Assembly (NCBI GenBank): GCA_000999465.1
Contig: LCGB01000003.1
Coordinates: 4,252-68,251, forward strand
Source of the DNA: Candidatus Nomurabacteria bacterium GW2011_GWB1_43_19
Lineage (GTDB): Bacteria > Patescibacteriota > Minisyncoccia > Phycocordibacterales > UBA9973
DNA: 64,000 bases
Direction of reading: 5' to 3'
How positions within the stretch are numbered: position 1 is the first letter of the stretch; each line of letters starts with the position of its first letter. The position numbers were made by a program, and so were the translations under genes. This document shows, piece after piece, positions 58,889 through 64,000 of this stretch. The notes beneath the pieces are model-generated. The model searched no databases. It saw only the letters and a list, made by a program, of their open reading frames with translations, and had not been told where the DNA came from.

Positions 58889-60331
58889 TTATTTACCCAA
58901 TTTTATACCAAGCTCTTTCAGCTGTTTTTCGGAGACTTCGGCCGGTGAATTCATCATTAAGTCCTTGCCTTCGCCGGTCTTCGGGAAAGCGATAACTTCG
59001 CGGATATTCGGCTCGTTTTCCAGGAGCATCATCAGGCGGTCAAAGCCCCAGGCAATGCCTCCGTGCGGCGGACAGCCGGAGCCGAGCGCTTCCAGCATAT
59101 GCCCGAAGTTTTTCTCAATTCGCTCGGATGCATAGCCCATAATTTCAAAGACCTTCCGAAGTGCCTCCGGCTGGTGGTTGCGGATACTACCTCCGCCTAT
59201 CTCCGAGCCGTTTAAGACCACGTCGTATTGGGTGGTCAGAATGTTCCCGATATCTTTCTTATTCATCAGCATTTCCATATGCTCGTCCTGCGGGCGGGAA
59301 AAAGGATTGTGGGTGAAGGTCCACTCGCCTTCGGCCAGCGGATTATCGGATTTGTCGGTTCTTTCAAAGAAAGGAAAATCTACCACCCAGACGAAGGCGA
59401 GCAAATTTTTGTTTTCTTTGTCTTTGCGGAGGTCCGGCCGGTCAGTGCCGTATTTCTCCATCACTTCTTTGTAAGAAATCCGCGGGAACGGAATTTCCTG
59501 AATCTTTTTCTCCGGATACAAATTTTCTACAATACTGATAAGCAACGCCTCGTTAAGCGCCATCACGTCCTCGCGCTTTACGAAACTCATTTCCAGGTCC
59601 AACTGGGTAAATTCCGGCTGGCGGTCGCCGCGGGTGTCTTCGTCGCGCATGCAACGAGCAATTTGGAAATACTTTTCCGCGCCGGCAGCCATCAAGAGTT
59701 GTTTGTATTGCTGGGGCGACTGCGGCAGAGCGTAAAAAGTCCCCGGCCAGATGCGGGACGGCACGATATAGTCGCGGGCGCCTTCGGGGGTGGATTTGGT
59801 CAGTATCGGGGTTTCAACCTCAATAAAATTTTCCTTATCCAGATAGTCCCGGATAAATTTAACCACTTTGTGCCGGTAGCGGATATTTTTTTGCATTCGC
59901 GTCCGGCGCAAATCAATATATCGGTACTTTAAGCGGTGCTCTTCGCCTATTTCATATCCGTCGGTGGTTACCTCTATCGGCGGGGTCTCCGCTTTGTTCA
60001 AAATTTCAATATTTAAGACCTCCAGTTCCACATCTCCATTTAAGACCCCCTCCTTTACATTTTTGTCCGGACGCTTATTGACGACACCGGAAATTTTTAG
60101 GACCCATTCGGGGCGGATTTTCCCGGCAATCTCCGTTGCCGAGGATCCGCGACCTTCGGTCGGGACTTTTTCCTTACCTGGTAAGGCCACGCACTGCACC
60201 CGGCCGGTCATATCCCGCATATCAAAAAATATCATTTTCCCCTGGTCGCGCCGGACATCCACCCATCCAGCCAAAATTACTTCCTTTCCGATATTGTCTT
60301 TCAAATCTTTGATATAAATGCGGTTTTTCAT
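58889..60331 (-). CDS. aspS: Aspartate--tRNA ligase (no GAD insertion domain)
   Basis: RYIDLR, STPEGARD, LPQSPQ, RQPEFTQLD, PPHGG; hairpin insert at 60138-60167. Confidence 0.95.
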   Translation of the reverse strand: MKNRIYIKDLKDNIGKEVILAGWVDVRRDQGKMIFFDMRDMTGRVQCVALPGKEKVPTEGRGSSATEIAGKIRPEWVLKISGVVNKRPDKNVKEGVLNGDVELEVLNIEILNKAETPPIEVTTDGYEIGEEHRLKYRYIDLRRTRMQKNIRYRHKVVKFIRDYLDKENFIEVETPILTKSTPEGARDYIVPSRIWPGTFYALPQSPQQYKQLLMAAGAEKYFQIARCMRDEDTRGDRQPEFTQLDLEMSFVKREDVMALNEALLISIVENLYPEKKIQEIPFPRISYKEVMEKYGTDRPDLRKDKENKNLLAFVWVVDFPFFERTDKSDNPLAEGEWTFTHNPFSRPQDEHMEMLMNKKDIGNILTTQYDVVLNGSEIGGGSIRNHQPEALRKVFEIMGYASERIEKNFGHMLEALGSGCPPHGGIAWGFDRLMMLLENEPNIREVIAFPKTGEGKDLMMNSPAEVSEKQLKELGIKLGK

Positions 60332-60394
60332 CCCATTAGAAAATTTAAATAATAAAACTTATTTTTATACAAGTCCGCTGATTTTCTAACGGGA
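60331..60394. repeat. Inverted-repeat element abutting the aspS start
   Basis: TCCCATTAGAAAAT ... ATTTTCTAACGGGA, 13/14 complementary. Confidence 0.7.
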
Positions 60395-60574
60395 CAAGTA
60401 TTGAAATATTTTAGCACAAAATCAAAAGAAAAACAGCCTAAATAAAGGTGGGGCTGATCGCGATAGTCCGCGAACAGCCCCAAAAACGATGCGGTGGGCC
60501 AAGTCGCACTACCTTTCAAGCCCTAACTAAACTAAACCATTCCCCACACGGGCATCACCTCCCTTCAAGGTGAT

Positions 60575-60673
60575 AAAAAGAACAAACACCAGCTAGAGGG
60601 CTGGTGTTTGGGTTGTAGTTTATTTTAGTTAGTTTTTACAGCGCAAAGATCAGCTCTCTAATTTGAGGGCTGA
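60575..60673 (-). promoter_or_regulatory. Attenuator: alternative hairpins plus terminator
   Basis: Segments CAGCCCTC / GAGAGCTG / CAGCCCTC; 11-bp terminator CAAACACCAGC/GCTGGTGTTTG followed by TTCTTTTT. Confidence 0.75.
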
Positions 60674-60731
60674 AAAAGAAAACATTGCTGATTTGCATTA
60701 TATTTTTGTTCACTTGCACCTTTTGTTTCAT
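60636..60731 (-). CDS. Putative Phe-sensing leader peptide (not in ORF track)
   Basis: MKQKVQVNKNIMQISNVFFFSPQIRELIFAL; FFF directly before segment 1. Confidence 0.7.
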   Translation of the reverse strand: MKQKVQVNKNIMQISNVFFFSPQIRELIFAL

Positions 60732-60746
60732 TGCTTCAAATCATAA

Positions 60747-60780
60747 TAATATAATAGCAGCGGCCGCTTTTATTATACTA
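60747..60780. repeat. CGGCCG-centred palindrome with TATAAT on both arms
   Basis: TAATATAATAGCAGCGGCCGCTTTTATTATACTA. Confidence 0.7.
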
Positions 60781-60788
60781 TTTAGGTA

Positions 60789-61568
60789 TTAATAATTTAA
60801 GTTCTTTAAGAAATTAATCAGGGTTTGGGGATTGTTTGTGTTTGATTTTTGAATCAGCTTAATTAAGCTGCTCCCGATGATTACCCCGTCAGCCCCGTTT
60901 ATTTTTAGTTTTTTAACTTGAGATAAATTTGATATTCCGAATCCCACGGCAATAGGTAGCCTGGTCTGCCGTTTTATTTGTTTAATATATTGCAATGTCT
61001 TTCTGGGTATATCCTTCTGAGTCCCTGTAATTCCCACCACAGAGGTCAGATAAAGATATCCTTGAGCAACTTTGGTAATTTTATTTAGCCGGCGCGGAGT
61101 AGTCGTAGTTGCAATCAAATAAATATTATCAATATTGTATTTCTTAGCTGCTTTCAAAAATATGCTTATTTCTTCAAAAGGCACATCGGGAATTAAGACG
61201 CCGTCTATACCAGCATTACGCGCATCGCGGTAGAATTTTTCTATTCCACGCTGATATACTAAATTTGCATACACTAAGACCGTAATGGGGATTTCGGTGG
61301 TTAGTCTAAGATTTTTAATGAGTTCAAATACTTTGCTTGTTGTTGAACCGGCTTTAAGGGCAACCTGATCCGCTTTTTGTATTACGGGTCCATCCGCCAA
61401 AGGATCGGAATAAGGAAAACCGATTTCCAACAGGTCGGAATGTTGAGAAAGAACTTTTAATATTTTTAACGACTGGCTAAAATTAGGAAATCCCGCAACT
61501 AAAAATGGCATCATGGCCAGTTTCCCTTCTTTTTTTATATGTGTAAATGCGGTTTCGATTCTGTTCAT
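60789..61568 (-). CDS. trpA: Tryptophan synthase alpha
   Basis: [30 protein letters not shown]. Confidence 0.96.
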   Translation of the reverse strand: MNRIETAFTHIKKEGKLAMMPFLVAGFPNFSQSLKILKVLSQHSDLLEIGFPYSDPLADGPVIQKADQVALKAGSTTSKVFELIKNLRLTTEIPITVLVYANLVYQRGIEKFYRDARNAGIDGVLIPDVPFEEISIFLKAAKKYNIDNIYLIATTTTPRRLNKITKVAQGYLYLTSVVGITGTQKDIPRKTLQYIKQIKRQTRLPIAVGFGISNLSQVKKLKINGADGVIIGSSLIKLIQKSNTNNPQTLINFLKNLNY

Positions 61569-62731
61569 ATTTTCAGTCCTTTTTCCATTTCCGGCAAATC
61601 TTTATCGCCTCTGCCGGATAAATTTATTATTATTAATTTTTTATTTGGAAGTTTTTTTGCCAACTTAAGCGCATAGGCTACCGCATGGGCCGATTCAAGC
61701 GCCGGGATAATCCCTTCTGTTTCGGATAGGTAGCGGAATGCGGAAAGGGCTTCTTCATCTGTCGCAGAAACGTATTTAATGCGTCCCAACTCGCGCAGGA
61801 AAACATGCTCGGGACCGATGCTCGGGTAGTCTAGGCCCGCAGAAATGCTGTGCGTTTCGGTAATTTGGCCGTCGGCATTCTGTAAAACAAATGACTTCGT
61901 GCCGTGCAAAATGCCTTCCCGCCCCCCGGCAAACCTAGCCGCATGTTTTCCGCTCCGAATTCCATATCCACCAGCTTCTACGCCAATCATTTTTACTTTT
62001 GAATCATTGATAAATTGATGGAATAATCCTACAGAGTTACTGCCGCCGCCGACACAAGCTACCAAGTAATCCGGCAGCCTGCCTTCCGATGATAAAATTT
62101 GGGATCGAGCTTCCCGCCCGATTACTGCTTGGAAATCTCTGACGATTGTCGGGTAAGGATGCGGACCCAGAACCGAACCTATCATGTAATGAGTGGTTTC
62201 AATATTCGTAATCCAGTCACGGATAGCTTCATTAATCGCATCTTTAAGGGTTCGGCTCCCTGATGTAACCGGGACAACTTTTGCTCCTAGCAATCTCATG
62301 CGTATTACATTGGGTTGCTGCCGCTCCATATCTACCTCGCCCATATAAACAACGCACTCCAGTCCCAGCTTTGCACAGGCCGCAGCGGTGGCAACCCCGT
62401 GTTGTCCAGCACCTGTTTCCGCAATTATTCGGCTCTTCCCCATAAATTTTGCCAAAAGACCCTGGCCAATCGCGTTATTGATTTTGTGCGCGCCGGTATG
62501 GGCCAGGTCTTCTCGTTTCAAATAAATTTTTTGGCCGGTGGCTTTGGACATTCTTTCGGCAAAATATAAGGAAGTGGGCCGTCCAATAAAATCCCTCTGT
62601 AATTTTTTTAACTCAGCCTGCATTGATTCATTCTTTTTAAATCTTTCATAAGCTTTTTCCAACTCTAAAAGAGAAGGCATTAATGTCTCCGGTACGAACT
62701 GTCCGCCAAATTTTCCAAAATATGATTTCAT
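61565..62731 (-). CDS. trpB: Tryptophan synthase beta
   Basis: [38 protein letters not shown]. Confidence 0.97.
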   Translation of the reverse strand: MKSYFGKFGGQFVPETLMPSLLELEKAYERFKKNESMQAELKKLQRDFIGRPTSLYFAERMSKATGQKIYLKREDLAHTGAHKINNAIGQGLLAKFMGKSRIIAETGAGQHGVATAAACAKLGLECVVYMGEVDMERQQPNVIRMRLLGAKVVPVTSGSRTLKDAINEAIRDWITNIETTHYMIGSVLGPHPYPTIVRDFQAVIGREARSQILSSEGRLPDYLVACVGGGSNSVGLFHQFINDSKVKMIGVEAGGYGIRSGKHAARFAGGREGILHGTKSFVLQNADGQITETHSISAGLDYPSIGPEHVFLRELGRIKYVSATDEEALSAFRYLSETEGIIPALESAHAVAYALKLAKKLPNKKLIIINLSGRGDKDLPEMEKGLKI

Positions 62732-62756
62732 GTGTATGTAATCTTAAAATAAATAT

Positions 62757-62803
62757 AGCGGGTAGGCAACAATTCGGATTCCTCCGCCCTGTTGCCTGCC
62801 GCT
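62757..62803 (-). terminator. Hairpin with U-rich tail upstream of trpB
   Basis: AGCGGCAGGCAACA...TGTTGCCTACCCGCT then ATATTTATTTT. Confidence 0.5.
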
Positions 62804-62811
62804 TGAGATGA

Positions 62812-62976
62812 TCACAGTCCGTTCGGACTGTTGAAGATCAGCGTATACTGACCTTCCTTCCATGGAACGACGAGCATCACGCCCACCGCGACCCAGCCCT
62901 TCACTTTCTCTGGATCTTCTCCGGTAGCTTGTGCATGGTCGGCCACCGCTTTTGCCACCTGTACGTCCTTGCTCAT
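62812..62976 (-). CDS. 54-aa protein, paralog of the upstream ORF (not in ORF track)
   Basis: SD AAGGGGTGA; MSKDVQVAKAVADHAQATGEDPEKVKGWVAVGVMLVVPWKEGQYTLIFNSPNGL. Confidence 0.65.
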   Translation of the reverse strand: MSKDVQVAKAVADHAQATGEDPEKVKGWVAVGVMLVVPWKEGQYTLIFNSPNGL

Positions 62977-62979
62977 CTG

Positions 62980-63180
62980 TCACCCCTTTTCTGATTTGGT
63001 CGCCAGGAGGATTTCACCGTCCCTGACCCTGATGGGGACGAGTTGCCCTTCAGCTACCATGCTGAAGATAACCTCGATTTTCGTTCCAGTGGATGCGCTG
63101 TGACGTTTGATCGCCCCAGCCAGATCCTTTGCGGTAACAGGTTCCCCCGTAGTCGCAACTTGGAGTTTAACGATTTGCAT
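62980..63180 (-). CDS. 66-aa protein, possible Xis/MerR-like winged HTH
   Basis: First ORF after the trp attenuator; aligns with the 54-aa neighbour. Confidence 0.6.
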   Translation of the reverse strand: MQIVKLQVATTGEPVTAKDLAGAIKRHSASTGTKIEVIFSMVAEGQLVPIRVRDGEILLATKSEKG

Positions 63181-63224
63181 GGTTTTTTCTCAAAGAACGA
63201 CCGGCAATTTGGTTGCGCCGGTAC

Positions 63225-63345
63225 AATGAACAAACAGCGCACTTTATGTGCGCTGTTTGGTGGATTCCTTGGAATTAGTTTCTAGTGATTAGTTGTTAGG
63301 GGTTGGTAGAAATCAATGAAAGAGCGCACAAGAGAATTTGCGCTC
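63225..63345 (-). promoter_or_regulatory. trp attenuator
   Basis: 1 GAGCGCA, 2 GTGCGCTC, 3:4 CAAACAGCGCAC/GTGCGCTGTTTG, tail TTCATT. Confidence 0.8.
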
Positions 63346-63395
63346 CACCAATAGTTTAATAATTTATTTGTTTGTAAATTTCTCAATATCATCAT
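63282..63395 (-). CDS. trpL: trp leader peptide (not in ORF track)
   Basis: MMILRNLQTNKLLNYWWSANSLVRSFIDFYQPLTTNH; tandem TGG TGG, upstream of trpBA. Confidence 0.8.
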   Translation of the reverse strand: MMILRNLQTNKLLNYWWSANSLVRSFIDFYQPLTTNH

Positions 63396-63411
63396 ACTAG
63401 TATGCTAGTAT
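63394..63411. promoter_or_regulatory. TrpR operator
   Basis: ATACTAG-TATG-CTAGTAT; same half-sites and spacing as the E. coli-type consensus GTACTAG-N4-CTAGTAC. Confidence 0.8.
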
Positions 63412-63443
63412 ATGTAAAAATAAAAAGCAAGGGCACTATTTGC

Positions 63444-63731
63444 TTATCTGTGGATAACTTTTAAAGCCCTTCTAAAACCGCCTTCTTTCTTCCGCATTTC
63501 ACGGGAACCTCTGGTAATCGTAGCCACCCCCACATGCAAATTCTCCGCAATGGCTATGTGGTGCTCCCCTTTCCCGAGACGTTTGACTATTTGCCACCTG
63601 ACTCCCACATTTTCAAATTCCCTTGGCGTCAATATGTCCCTGATAAAATCGGCAAGGAGTTGCTTGTCTTTCGCGATTTTATGAATCACTTCAATTACTT
63701 CTTTTTTATATTGATCAATATTATTTTTCAT
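63444..63731 (-). CDS. trpR: Trp repressor
   Basis: LTPRE...RWQIV..L...IAENLHVGVATITRGS; flanked by trpS, trpBA and operators. Confidence 0.88.
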   Translation of the reverse strand: MKNNIDQYKKEVIEVIHKIAKDKQLLADFIRDILTPREFENVGVRWQIVKRLGKGEHHIAIAENLHVGVATITRGSREMRKKEGGFRRALKVIHR

Positions 63732-63746
63732 AATATTCTCTATATT

Positions 63747-63772
63747 ATACTACCATACTAGTATGCTGACAT
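63747..63772. promoter_or_regulatory. TrpR operator upstream of trpR (autoregulation)
   Basis: ATACTAC-CATA-CTAGTAT plus an overlapping half-site; CATACTAGTATGCT shared with 63393. Confidence 0.7.
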
Positions 63773-63788
63773 ATTTGCTTGTAAAATT

Positions 63789-64000
63789 TTAATACACATC
63801 CACCCCAATTTTTTCCCGGACTTCTTCCATCTTTGCATTAGCGACTTTTTTAGCTTTTTCGCCACCTTCTTTTAAGATTTGCAGGGCTCGCGGAATATCT
63901 TTTTCAAATTTTTTCCGGCGTTCGCGGAGCGGCGCGATGAATTTTTCCAGATCTTCAATCAGAAGTTCTTTCAGTTCTTTATATTTTCCCGCCTTGCTTT
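63789..64000 (-). CDS. trpS: Tryptophan--tRNA ligase, 3' end (partial)
   Basis: YKELKELL.EDLEKFIAPLRERR...ILKEGGEKAKKVANAKMEEVREKIG. Confidence 0.85.
   Translation of the reverse strand, partial: SKAGKYKELKELLIEDLEKFIAPLRERRKKFEKDIPRALQILKEGGEKAKKVANAKMEEVREKIGVDVY

Noticed and set aside
4905-59932. Long antisense ORFs (4905-5543, 5744-6349, 59228-59932 and others)
   Set aside because: They lie opposite well-conserved genes and have no recognisable motifs.
58889-60331. Short AspRS as another deletion pseudogene
   Set aside because: Only the dispensable GAD insertion domain is missing and all catalytic motifs are intact.
60328-60519. 63-aa ORF upstream of aspS
   Set aside because: TTG start without support; it crosses a terminator-like hairpin, the aspS promoter and an inverted repeat.
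60400-60780. T-box or FMN riboswitch upstream of aspS/rib
   Set aside because: No AGGGTGGNACCGCG T-box motif or FMN consensus recognised; the leader-peptide model fits better.
62744-62983. 79-aa ORF in the track
   Set aside because: Arg/Gly-rich shadow frame running through a hairpin; frame 62976-62812 has the SD and resembles its neighbour.
1-64000. Stop-codon reassignment (code 25)
   Set aside because: Core genes are intact in code 11, TGA terminates several genes (miaA, spoT, ftsW, trpB) and Trp is encoded by TGG.

Overview
Chromosomal segment of a reduced-genome bacterium, most likely Patescibacteria/CPR (Parcubacteria-like). This is inferred from gene content, shortened AspRS/DnaX/RSH proteins and a near-absence of Shine-Dalgarno sites; the genetic code is 11. 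It holds housekeeping genes for cell wall, division, translation and DNA handling, three tRNAs (Trp, Leu, Gln) and, unusually for CPR, a de novo purine cluster plus guaB/purA, riboflavin genes and a trpS-trpR-trpBA locus. Structure not shown by the ORF track: (1) two leader-peptide attenuators of identical design, one with Trp-Trp under a TrpR operator and one with Phe-Phe-Phe that appears to control only a small structured RNA/minigene; (2) about 15 GC-rich palindromic elements of several families inserted in frame into core enzymes; (3) four paralogous Cys-rich zinc-ribbon genes with conserved DNA ends, palindromic sites after their stops and one hairpin element inserted at the same codon in two copies; (4) two families of dispersed intergenic palindromes; (5) several genes with clean internal deletions, real or misassembled. 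No CRISPR, rRNA, integrase, transposase or reverse transcriptase was seen. All family assignments come from motif recognition by eye, not database searches.
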